The notes below the pieces were generated by a model. That model searched no databases, was not told the origin of the DNA, and saw nothing but the letters and a program-made list of their open reading frames with translations. The translations under genes were made by a program, and so were the position numbers. 64,000 nt of DNA from Crocinitomicaceae bacterium. GTDB lineage: Bacteria > Bacteroidota > Bacteroidia > Flavobacteriales_D > Sanyastnellaceae. Shown one piece after another: positions 20,508 to 28,986 of this stretch. Location: positions 20,673 through 84,672 of the forward strand of contig JBELBZ010000007.1 of NCBI GenBank assembly GCA_042095055.1. The letters run 5' to 3'. Every line of letters starts with the position of its first letter. The stretch's first letter is position 1.

Positions 20508-21511
20508 GATACTCCTTGGTCCATTTCCACTTCCCAGGCCCCCACTGCGCCTGCTGTGAGCATGGCTTTTCTGACCTGATCTGAAGATGCTTTGGGCGAA
20601 AGTGCAAAAGCGCACCCACCCCCACCAGAACCGTTGATTTTACCTCCCCAAGCCCCCGCATTGCGAGCGGCCGTTAACATCGCTTCGATGCGGGGTGTCG
20701 AGAGCCTCAGGACATCGCGCAATACGTCGTGGTGCTTGGTTAAATCGTGTCCCATGGCCATGCCGCTTGATGGCGCTTCGGCCATTTGGGTTCCCCAATG
20801 CCATTCTAAGTCGCGGTTGGTCCTGGTGCCCTCCAACAGGAGCCGGTCGTCGGCATCCAGAGCGATGTCTCGGGCATCGATGTGGGCCATCAAGGGGATC
20901 CGCGCTTCTTTGCATCGGCGCAAATGTCCCTGCGTGTCTTTGGGCTGGCCCGAATCGCCGAGAACGAAGGCACCCTCTGGCAAGTGCAAGGGAACGGGGG
21001 CGCCAATTCCAAACCTGTGGATTCCACCGTGGGCGCAAGCAAATTGGTCCATATCGCCTCCTGCCCCATTGTAATCGGTGACTTCATACTGATGGCAGCG
21101 CTTGACGACGTCATTCACATCGAAACCGCCGTTGAAAATTTTGAGCCACGCAGCGGTCCATGCGGTCAGCAAAGCTGTCGAGGAACTGCAACCTGCCCGC
21201 AGCGGAATGGTGCTCTCAATCCAAACACGCCAGCCCGGCCCCACTGGGGTTCCAAACTCTTGAAGCATCGACCTCAAAGCCATCCCCATGGGCAGTTCGA
21301 CTGACATTTCATCAGGGTGGTTCAAGTCGTATTCTGCCAATGGTCCGAGGGCGGCACTGGCGACTTCTACGCGGGAATCCTGAATTGGCGAAAAGTGAAG
21401 TGTGCACCTCCTGTTCATGGCCATTGCGATGACGGGAAGCCCCAAGTAATCTTGATGCTCTCCAAACAGACACAGCCGGCCAGGCGCCGAGCTTATGAAT
21501 GCAGTGGTCAT
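20495..21511 (-). CDS. GHMP-family sugar kinase (galactokinase-like)
   Basis: Start ATG 21511: MTTAFISSAPGRLCLFGEHQDYLGLPV (galactokinase-type motif) and PLRAGCSSSTALLTA (GHMP motif). ATGA overlap with the transporter stop. Confidence 0.75.
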   Translation of the reverse strand: MTTAFISSAPGRLCLFGEHQDYLGLPVIAMAMNRRCTLHFSPIQDSRVEVASAALGPLAEYDLNHPDEMSVELPMGMALRSMLQEFGTPVGPGWRVWIESTIPLRAGCSSSTALLTAWTAAWLKIFNGGFDVNDVVKRCHQYEVTDYNGAGGDMDQFACAHGGIHRFGIGAPVPLHLPEGAFVLGDSGQPKDTQGHLRRCKEARIPLMAHIDARDIALDADDRLLLEGTRTNRDLEWHWGTQMAEAPSSGMAMGHDLTKHHDVLRDVLRLSTPRIEAMLTAARNAGAWGGKINGSGGGGCAFALSPKASSDQVRKAMLTAGAVGAWEVEMDQGVSCQG

Positions 21512-23268
21512 GGCTTGGATTGCAACTTCAGGATTCCCCAAACCGCAGCTGCACAGAATGCCGACATCATCACCGCTGTCGTGAGCTGGGCAAACAATCC
21601 AGCGCCAATCCCCAACAATGCGCCATAGACCGCTATGCATCCTAAGAAGGCCTGCAACAGCGACTTCGGCACGTTCCATGAAACTGCTTCCTTTCCCTCG
21701 GTGGGTGGGAATTGTTTCCAGCCTGGGCCACCAGGTTGAACCTTGTCCACAAAAGACTGCAGCACTTCTGCGGACTCAGGCTTCAGGACGACAGCAGCCA
21801 CTGCCCACCCGACTGTGGTCAGCAGACTTCCGATGACAAGTTTGCCCCAATCGGCCATGGGCCACCATCCCAAAGCATCGTGGAACCAAGTGAAATAAGC
21901 GGCGACCAGCAGGGACATGGCCATCGCTACGATTTCTGTGCTGGCAGAAACGCGCCACCAAAACCAGCGGACGATGAACAGCCCGCCTGTTCCCGCCCCG
22001 AGCAACAGCAATAGATTGAAGGCTTGAGAAGCCGAAGTGAGCGTGAGGCTCAACAATGCCCCAGCCAACAGTGAGAGCAAGCTGGCCCAGCGGCCTGCCA
22101 CAACTTTCTGCTGTTCTGTGGCCTCTGGTCGAATAAAACGCGCCCAGCCATCGTGCACCAAATAGCTCGCACCCAAGTTTACCTGGGTACTCATGGTCGA
22201 AATAAAGGCTGCAAGCAATGAGGCGGCCACCCACCCCAACAAGCCGGCGGGAAGCAAACTCAACATGGCAGGATAAGCCACATCATGACCCACCTTGTCG
22301 GCAGCCAATTCAGGAAATGCAGCGGCGATGGTGTCCAGGTCTGGAAAGACGATCAGCGAAGCCAATGCGACCAAAATCCAAGGCCAAGGACGCACCGCAT
22401 AATGTGCCGCATTGAACAGCAGTGTGGCCCCTACAGCGTCATCTTCGCTTCGGGCGCTGAACATGCGCTGTGCAATGTAGCCCCCGCCCCCAGGCTCAGC
22501 ACCGGGATAATAGCTGGCCCACCATTGAACGGCCAAGGGCACGAGCATCACGGGTACCCACACTTCTGGCTTTGTAAAATCCGGCCACACCGAAAGCTTG
22601 TCCATGACATTGGGGTGTGTCATCAGACCTTGGATCCCTCCCACTTCGGGCAATGCCAATACGTAAACGCTGGCAGCGACTGCGCCGCTCATGGCCAAGA
22701 AGAATTGGAACAGGTCGGTCCAGAGTATGGCGCGAAGTCCGCCGTAAACGCTAAACAGCAGGGTCACCGAGCAGGTCACCAGCAAGGTCATCCAACCTGG
22801 CCAACCCAACAAAATGCTTCCGAGTTTGATGGCTGCCAGACTGACTGTGGCCATGACCAAAACGTTGAAAACGAGGCCGAGGTAAACGGCCCGAAACCCG
22901 CGCAAAAACGCTCCGGCCTTGCCGCCATAGCGGAGCTCGTAAAAGGCAATGTCTGTGAGCACTCCAGACCGCCTCCACAACCGGGCATACACAAAGACGG
23001 TGACCATGCCCGTGAGCAAGAATGCCCACCAAGCCCAGTTGCCTGAAACACCTTGTTGTCTGACGAGATCGGTTACCAGATTTGGCGTGTCGGCGCTAAA
23101 TGTGGTCGCCACCATGGAGGTGCCGAGCAGCCACCAAGGCATGTTTCTCCCCCCCAGGAAGAAATCATCGGCACTGTTGTTGCCCTTTCGGCCAGCGGCT
23201 ATTCCTATGAAGAGAATGGTCAACAACACCCCGCCGATCACGAGGAAATCCAACATCGCCAATTGCAT
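21508..23268 (-). CDS. sodium:solute symporter (SSS) family transporter
   Basis: 586 aa, polytopic, with an SSS-like N-terminus MQLAMLDFLVIGGVLLTILFIGIAAGRKG...FFLGGRNMPWW. Confidence 0.85.
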   Translation of the reverse strand: MQLAMLDFLVIGGVLLTILFIGIAAGRKGNNSADDFFLGGRNMPWWLLGTSMVATTFSADTPNLVTDLVRQQGVSGNWAWWAFLLTGMVTVFVYARLWRRSGVLTDIAFYELRYGGKAGAFLRGFRAVYLGLVFNVLVMATVSLAAIKLGSILLGWPGWMTLLVTCSVTLLFSVYGGLRAILWTDLFQFFLAMSGAVAASVYVLALPEVGGIQGLMTHPNVMDKLSVWPDFTKPEVWVPVMLVPLAVQWWASYYPGAEPGGGGYIAQRMFSARSEDDAVGATLLFNAAHYAVRPWPWILVALASLIVFPDLDTIAAAFPELAADKVGHDVAYPAMLSLLPAGLLGWVAASLLAAFISTMSTQVNLGASYLVHDGWARFIRPEATEQQKVVAGRWASLLSLLAGALLSLTLTSASQAFNLLLLLGAGTGGLFIVRWFWWRVSASTEIVAMAMSLLVAAYFTWFHDALGWWPMADWGKLVIGSLLTTVGWAVAAVVLKPESAEVLQSFVDKVQPGGPGWKQFPPTEGKEAVSWNVPKSLLQAFLGCIAVYGALLGIGAGLFAQLTTAVMMSAFCAAAVWGILKLQSKP

Positions 23269-23340
23269 GGCACCGAATGTAGCACGTCAGAGGATTCCAA
23301 GGGATTAAACGCACGCAGAACGGGGACGTTATATTTCAGA

Positions 23341-24792
23341 ATGAAATGGATTCCGGGCTTGTCCCTTCTTTGCTGCATGGCTCCAGCGATTTTGGCAGCG
23401 CAAGACGTGACGTTTCACGCCGACGTGGCCCCCATTGTATTCAATCATTGTACTTCATGTCATCGGCCTGGGGAAATTGGCCCCATGCCTTTCACGAATT
23501 ATGGTGAGGTCGCGGCTTACGGGGAGTTCATCGAGTACGTCACATCCATAGGATATATGCCTCCGTGGTCACCTGATGCGTCCTACAGTCATTTTGTGGG
23601 CGAGAATGTCCTGACTGCGGGTCAATTGGAAACGCTCAGCGCATGGGTGGCCGCAGGCAAACCCGAAGGCGACCCCGCGGACAATCCCGGTCTACCCGAA
23701 TTTCCGGACGGAAGTCAAATTGGCACTCCTGACCATGTGCTCGCGATGGACCAGCCGTACACGCATGCAGGCGACATGTCCGAGCAGTACCAGGTCTTCG
23801 TCTTGCCTTCGGGGTTCGATGCGGCGGCTTCCATTCGTGCACTTGAGGTACAGCCCGGAAACCACAATGTGGCTCACCACGCCATTCTCGGTCTGGATGT
23901 CTCGGGAACAGCCACTGTCCTCGATGCTGCTGACCCGGCCCCGGGCTACGAGAGCTTTGGCGGTTTTGGCTTCAATGCTGAGAGCTCCTTCTTTGGAGCG
24001 TGGGTTCCCGGAGCCCTTCCTGTGGCATATCCTCCGGGCATTGGCCGCACGATTCCAGCGGGGGCTGACGTGCTGTTGCAGATGCACTACGGCCCTTCTT
24101 CGGTGGACGAAGTGGACCAGACCGAGATCAATGTGTTCCTGTCCAATGAGCCCATTGAGCGTGAAGTATTGACGGTCATCATGGGGCCCCAGCACCTCGA
24201 TGCGCCTTTTGTCCTGCCGCCCAATCAAGTCTCGTCGTTCCATGGCACCATGCCGGTGACCGCAGATGTCAGCCTGCTGAGTATCGCGCCCCACAGTCAC
24301 CTGATCGGGTCCTCTTGGAAGGTGTACGCCACTTCCCCGGGCAATGCAGACACCATCCCTTTGATTTCAATACCCTCTTGGGATTTCAATTGGCAGGGGT
24401 ATTTCACCTTCCCGCACCTGACAAAGGTTCCTCAAGGCTACACGCTCCACGGTGAAGCCACTTATGACAACACTGCCGACAACCCATTCAATCCAAGCGA
24501 CCCGCCACAGTGGGTGTATTTCGGTGAAGAGACCCAAGACGAGATGTTTTTTGTCTTCATCGATTTGGTGGCCTTTGAAGAGGGCGATGAAGAGATTGCA
24601 CTCGGGCCAGATACGGCGTCCTGCGATGGAGACCTCACGGGTGACAACCTCGTGGGGGTTTCTGACGCCCTGCTTTTGCTGAGTGAATTTGGATGTCAAG
24701 TCGGATGCACTTTGGATTTGGACGGTGACAATGCAGTGACCGTTTCAGACGTGCTGTTTTTGTTGGGTCAATACGGGGCCACATGCAATTGA
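23341..24792 (+). CDS. secreted heme-c (CxxCH) + PHM/DBH-like copper monooxygenase fusion, dockerin-like C-terminal module
   Basis: Start ATG 23341 (MKWIPGLSLLCCMAPAILAAQ). CTSCH at 23449-23463. HH (NVAHHAILG), LLQMHYG, HSH (24292-24300, IAPHSHLIG) and DEMFFVF match the CuH/CuM ligand pattern of peptidylglycine hydroxylating monooxygenase. Confidence 0.7.
   Translation: MKWIPGLSLLCCMAPAILAAQDVTFHADVAPIVFNHCTSCHRPGEIGPMPFTNYGEVAAYGEFIEYVTSIGYMPPWSPDASYSHFVGENVLTAGQLETLSAWVAAGKPEGDPADNPGLPEFPDGSQIGTPDHVLAMDQPYTHAGDMSEQYQVFVLPSGFDAAASIRALEVQPGNHNVAHHAILGLDVSGTATVLDAADPAPGYESFGGFGFNAESSFFGAWVPGALPVAYPPGIGRTIPAGADVLLQMHYGPSSVDEVDQTEINVFLSNEPIEREVLTVIMGPQHLDAPFVLPPNQVSSFHGTMPVTADVSLLSIAPHSHLIGSSWKVYATSPGNADTIPLISIPSWDFNWQGYFTFPHLTKVPQGYTLHGEATYDNTADNPFNPSDPPQWVYFGEETQDEMFFVFIDLVAFEEGDEEIALGPDTASCDGDLTGDNLVGVSDALLLLSEFGCQVGCTLDLDGDNAVTVSDVLFLLGQYGATCN
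24622..24789 (+). other. dockerin-like 4-Cys double DxDGDG C-terminal module
   Basis: CDGDLTGDNLVGVSDALLLLSEFGCQVGCTLDLDGDNAVTVSDVLFLLGQYGATCN, then stop. Confidence 0.8.
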
Positions 24793-25262
24793 TGCTGGCC
24801 GCCCCATTGTTGCGGGTGGTGCTGTTTTTGGCCCCCCTTTGCCCCATCTGCCAGAACATGTGTTATGATTTGCGCCTTTTGGAGGAGGAATTTGCCGATG
24901 CTCCTGTTGAATTTGTGGGGGTATTTCCCAATGCATCGACCAAGGCCCACCAAATGGCTGAATTTCGAACGACCTATGGCCTCAACATGCCATGTGTTGG
25001 CGACACGGCCCAATGGGCAGCCTTGCTGGGCGCCCGGTGGACCCCAGAAGCGTTCATTTTAGATGAGCACGACAGCGTCTTGTATCAAGGCCGCATCAAT
25101 GACCGGTACTTCGCACCGGGTCGGCGGAGAAACAAGACCCGAAGTCGAGATTTGAGAAATGCCATTTCAGAAGCGTTGCTGGGACAAGAGGTTCAGGTCC
25201 CCCTGACCGAAGCTGTCGGTTGCCCCATTGAAGGATTGAAAATTCTCCAACCTCAGCATTGA
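24783..25262 (+). CDS. thioredoxin-fold redoxin (CxxC)
   Basis: CPIC at 24840-24851; ...WTPEAFILDEHDSVLYQGRINDRY... resembles TlpA/AhpC-TSA-like redoxins. Start overlaps the upstream stop by 10 nt. No obvious signal peptide. Confidence 0.6.
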   Translation: MQLMLAAPLLRVVLFLAPLCPICQNMCYDLRLLEEEFADAPVEFVGVFPNASTKAHQMAEFRTTYGLNMPCVGDTAQWAALLGARWTPEAFILDEHDSVLYQGRINDRYFAPGRRRNKTRSRDLRNAISEALLGQEVQVPLTEAVGCPIEGLKILQPQH

Positions 25263-25302
25263 TCTCATCTGCACTTTGTTTTTCTCGTTTTAATTTCCAA
25301 CC

Positions 25303-26832
25303 ATGAAGACAGCGCTATCCTTTGCCCTCCTGCTCGCTCTTGGAGCAACCACAGGTTGGGGTCAGGTCACCTATCACGCCGATGTGGCGCCCATCATCCA
25401 CAATGCTTGTATGGAGTGTCACCGTACTGGAGAAATTGGCCCCATGCCTTTCACCAATTACGAGGAGGTGTCGGCATATGGCCCTTTCATCGAGTATGTG
25501 ACTTCAATCGGCTACATGCCGCCTTGGACACCCGATGCCGACTACAGTCATTTCGTGGGTGAGCGGGTGTTGTCCGCGGAAGAAATCGAAACCATCAGCG
25601 CATGGGTGGATGCCGACATGCCCGAAGGAAACCCTGCCGACAATCCTGGAGCACCTTTTTTTCCAGAGGGAAGCCAAATTGGCGAGCCCGACTTCGTGTT
25701 TAGCATGTCGGAGCCCTACGCCCATGGCGGGGACATGACCGACCAATATCAGGTCTTTGTAATGCCCACTGGGTTTGAACAGGACATGACCGTGAGGGCA
25801 CTCGAAGTGCGCCCTGGCAATGGGGCCATCGCGCATCACGCTGTCCTCGGTTTGGACATTGAAGGCGTTGCAGAAAACCTGGACGCCCAAGATCCTGAAC
25901 CAGGGTATGAAAGCTTTGGTGACTTTGGGTTTGATGCTTACCAAAACTTCTTTGGTGCTTGGGTACCCGGTGCGCAAACCTTGGTCTACCCCGAAGGCAT
26001 TGGCAGGGTCATTCCCGCACAAAGTGACCTCTTGATGCAGATGCATTACGGGCCCAATGCAGCGGAGGAGTCTGACCAAACCGAAGTCAATGTGTTCTTG
26101 ACGGAGGGGCCCATCGACAGGGAAGTGGAGACAGGAATCATGGGGCCGTGGACCTTGGGTGAACCGTTCTTCATTCCCCCCAATCAAGTCAAAACCTTTC
26201 ACGGCACCTACAACATCCCTGTGGACCTGAGCTTGATCAGCATTGCTCCGCACAGCCACCTGATTGGAAACTCATGGGAAGTGTTCGCCACAAGCCCCAA
26301 CAACCAAGACACCATCCCATTGATTTCCATACCCGCTTGGGACTTCAATTGGCAGGGCTTTTTCACATTCCCATACATGACCAAAGTGCCGGGTGGTTAT
26401 ACCCTGCATGGCATTGCGTCCTATGACAACACCTCTGACAATCCGTTCAATCCAAACGACCCTCCTGTCATGATTGAATACGGTGACAATACAGGTGACG
26501 AGATGTTTTTTGTCTTCTTCGACTACGTGCTCTACGAGGCGGGTGACGAGGACATTTCGCTGGAGACCCCCTTACTTTCCAGCGTAGAGCCTCTGGAACG
26601 CGAGGCGCCGGGCGTTACACTTCAGCCCAACCCCGCCTCAAATCGGATTCAGTTGTTGGCCCATCCACAATTTGTAGGGTCCTCCTGGTCATTGCGCGAT
26701 TTGGGTGGTCGGGAAGTCATGTCAGGGCAATTCAACTCAGGCAATGACCGAATATTGACCGGTGCCCTCCCGGATGGCGTTTACCTGTTTCAGGGCCCTC
26801 AGGGCACAGAACGGGTGGTCATCCAGCATTGA
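25303..26832 (+). CDS. secreted heme-c + PHM/DBH-like copper monooxygenase fusion, T9SS type-A CTD (paralog of 23341..24792)
   Basis: Signal MKTALSFALLLALGATTGWGQ; CMECH at 25408-25422; AIAHHAVLG, LMQMHYG, IAPHSHLIG, DEMFFVF. C-terminus VTLQPNPASNRIQLL...GVYLFQGPQGTERVVIQH. Confidence 0.7.
   Translation: MKTALSFALLLALGATTGWGQVTYHADVAPIIHNACMECHRTGEIGPMPFTNYEEVSAYGPFIEYVTSIGYMPPWTPDADYSHFVGERVLSAEEIETISAWVDADMPEGNPADNPGAPFFPEGSQIGEPDFVFSMSEPYAHGGDMTDQYQVFVMPTGFEQDMTVRALEVRPGNGAIAHHAVLGLDIEGVAENLDAQDPEPGYESFGDFGFDAYQNFFGAWVPGAQTLVYPEGIGRVIPAQSDLLMQMHYGPNAAEESDQTEVNVFLTEGPIDREVETGIMGPWTLGEPFFIPPNQVKTFHGTYNIPVDLSLISIAPHSHLIGNSWEVFATSPNNQDTIPLISIPAWDFNWQGFFTFPYMTKVPGGYTLHGIASYDNTSDNPFNPNDPPVMIEYGDNTGDEMFFVFFDYVLYEAGDEDISLETPLLSSVEPLEREAPGVTLQPNPASNRIQLLAHPQFVGSSWSLRDLGGREVMSGQFNSGNDRILTGALPDGVYLFQGPQGTERVVIQH
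26611..26829 (+). other. T9SS type-A C-terminal sorting domain
   Basis: GVTLQPNPASNRIQLL...SLRDLGGREVMSG...LPDGVYLFQGPQGTERVVIQH. Confidence 0.75.
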
Positions 26833-27568
26833 CCGGGCAAGCTGCAGCACCTGTCCACCGGTGGCTGATGGCACCTTCCCTCCGGATTCCTTCTGGCTCA
26901 AGGAGGTCGAAGCGCACTTCTCCGGATGCGTGCAGGACTTGTGGGGCGCTGTCCGTTGTGATCCATGCGAATCCCACGTGGGTCACCTTTGAAGGGTCGT
27001 CTTTGTGAAAGAATACGAGGTCTCCATGCTGGAGTTCCTCATAGGACTTGCGCCCAGCTTCAAGGGAAGTCCACTGCTGCGACGCGTCTCTTGGAATGGA
27101 ACATCCGTGCAAGGCGCAGGCAAGTTGTGTCAGTCCACTGCAATCCATGCCCAACACACTCTTGCCGCCCCAGAGATAAGGTGCTCCCAAAAATGTGTAG
27201 GCAGCATCGACAGGTTGATCAGGCCGCGCAGGCGCCGATGGGATGAGTCCAAATGGCACGGAGGACCCTGCGGGCAAGTGGTATGGCCTCCCCTCCCACT
27301 CCAATGTGGTCAATGGCGCCATCAAGACCATGGTTTCTGCTGCAAAAGCCTCAATGGCTTCGGGCGTATCCGCGATCAATTTGACATCGGTGTAGCCCGT
27401 ATATCGGTCGTCGTCCAAGGTGACAGAAGCCCAACCCGGGGCATTTGGGGCTGGAGCCCATTGCAACCTCTGGCCAAACAGGCCTTGGGTCACCATTTCT
27501 GCACGGTCGTCTGCTGAGGACCTGATGGGCGCAAGGGGGACACGAATGATGCCGGGTGTATCGCCCAT
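26819..27568 (-). CDS. NlpC/P60 (C40) family peptidase with N-terminal SH3-like region
   Basis: LGAPYLWGGKSVLGMDCSGLTQ, GDLVFFH, VTHVGF. Confidence 0.8.
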   Translation of the reverse strand: MGDTPGIIRVPLAPIRSSADDRAEMVTQGLFGQRLQWAPAPNAPGWASVTLDDDRYTGYTDVKLIADTPEAIEAFAAETMVLMAPLTTLEWEGRPYHLPAGSSVPFGLIPSAPARPDQPVDAAYTFLGAPYLWGGKSVLGMDCSGLTQLACALHGCSIPRDASQQWTSLEAGRKSYEELQHGDLVFFHKDDPSKVTHVGFAWITTDSAPQVLHASGEVRFDLLEPEGIRREGAISHRWTGAAACPVNAG

Positions 27569-27571
27569 GGC

Positions 27572-28753
27572 TTAAACCAGGTTTTCCAAAACGAGGGCAC
27601 TGCCTCCTCCTCCACCATTGCAGATGCCTGCGGCGCCCAGCTTTTTTCCATGGCGCTTTAAGGCATGGATCAAGGTCACCGTGATGCGGCTTCCGGAGCT
27701 CCCCAGGGGATGCCCGAGAGATACTGCGCCTCCATGGACGTTGACCTTGTCAGCACCGAGGCCCATCAATTTGCTGTTGGCCAGTCCGACCACCGCGAAA
27801 GCTTCATTGAGTTCAACGAGCTCCATGTCTGCCATGCTCAATCCGGCGCGGTCCAAAGCGATGGGCAGGGCTTTTGATGGGGCAGTGGTAAAGTCTTCAG
27901 GTGCATGGGCGGCATCGGCATTTGATAGCAGCCGGGCCAACGGGACAATCCCCCTGGCTTTTGCAGCTTCTTCTGACATGAGGACCAATGCAGAAGCGCC
28001 GTCGTTGAGCGTGCTGGCGTTGGCCGCGGTAACGGTTCCTTCCTTGTCAAAGACGGGCCGGAGGGTTGGAATCTTCTCCATCTTGACGTTGCTGAACTCT
28101 TCGTCCACGGCCACCACGACAGGGTCGCCCTTTCGCTGCGGAATGCTCACCGGAACGATTTCGTCTTCAAAAGCCCCGGACTCCCATGCAGCTGCTGACC
28201 TGCGGTAACTCTCTATGGCAAAAGCGTCTTGTTCCTCACGGGAGAAACCGTGCTTGGTGGCACACAGCTCTGCGCAAACCCCCATGTGTTGGGCGTTATA
28301 TACATCGGTCAACCCATCCAAAAGCAGTCCGTCCACCGCTTGAATGTGGCCCAACTTTACGGCTGAACGGCCCTGGAGGTAATGGGGGGCTTGAGACATG
28401 TTTTCCATGCCGCCAGCCACAACAATGTCGGCCTGTCCCAATGCAATGGCGTTGGCTGCCAAGTGGATGGCTTTCATTCCTGAGGAGCACACCTTGTTGA
28501 CGGTTGTGCAGGGCACGTCATGGGAAACCCCTGCGCCCATGGCCGCCTGTCGGGCAGGAGCCTGTCCAAGACCTGCTTGTAAGACGTTGCCCATGAAGAC
28601 TTCGTCTATGTCTGCTCCTGTTATACCTGCTGATTCCATGGCCGCCTGAATGGCGACGGACCCCAACTTCGTGGCGGGCACGGAGGACAATCCTCCGAGA
28701 AAAGAGCCCATCGGCGTGCGACGGGCGGATGCGATAACGACTGCTCTGTTCAT
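27572..28753 (-). CDS. acetyl-CoA C-acetyltransferase (thiolase II)
   Basis: VNKVCSSGMKAI, NVHGGAVSLGHPLGSSG, GICNGGGGGSALVLE. Confidence 0.92.
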   Translation of the reverse strand: MNRAVVIASARRTPMGSFLGGLSSVPATKLGSVAIQAAMESAGITGADIDEVFMGNVLQAGLGQAPARQAAMGAGVSHDVPCTTVNKVCSSGMKAIHLAANAIALGQADIVVAGGMENMSQAPHYLQGRSAVKLGHIQAVDGLLLDGLTDVYNAQHMGVCAELCATKHGFSREEQDAFAIESYRRSAAAWESGAFEDEIVPVSIPQRKGDPVVVAVDEEFSNVKMEKIPTLRPVFDKEGTVTAANASTLNDGASALVLMSEEAAKARGIVPLARLLSNADAAHAPEDFTTAPSKALPIALDRAGLSMADMELVELNEAFAVVGLANSKLMGLGADKVNVHGGAVSLGHPLGSSGSRITVTLIHALKRHGKKLGAAGICNGGGGGSALVLENLV

Positions 28754-28958
28754 TTCAGATGTTTAGCGTGCCGCAAAGATACCAAGGACTTCAGGCCGGA
28801 GGAAGCGGTCCGTTTTGACTTTCATTGGCATTGATTGTGTGGAGGAAACAGTGCCACACACGCTTTTGGCACGGTAGTTGAACTAACCTACACAGCTGAA
28901 AGCAGCGACATAATGGTTCATGATGCCGGCTTGATACCGGCATTGATTTGGTTAAGGT

Positions 28959-28986
28959 GAAGCGCTCCGAAACGTCGGGGCGCTTC
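28959..28986 (-). terminator. 12-bp stem / tetraloop hairpin directly after the stop of the pseudouridine-synthase-like gene
   Basis: gaagcgctccga-aacg-tcggggcgcttc (one G-U pair). No U-tract follows in minus sense. Confidence 0.45.

Noticed and set aside
28785-28810. SRP (4.5S) RNA-like string TCAGGCCGGAGGAAGCGG
   Set aside because: It superficially resembles the conserved domain IV sequence CAGGUCCGGAAGGAAGCAGC. However, it lacks the GNRA tetraloop closed by complementary pairs, and the flanks do not fold into one long hairpin.
28754-28986. Possible tRNA in the largest intergenic gap
   Set aside because: There is no T-loop GTTCRANYC with flanking stems and no cloverleaf arrangement.
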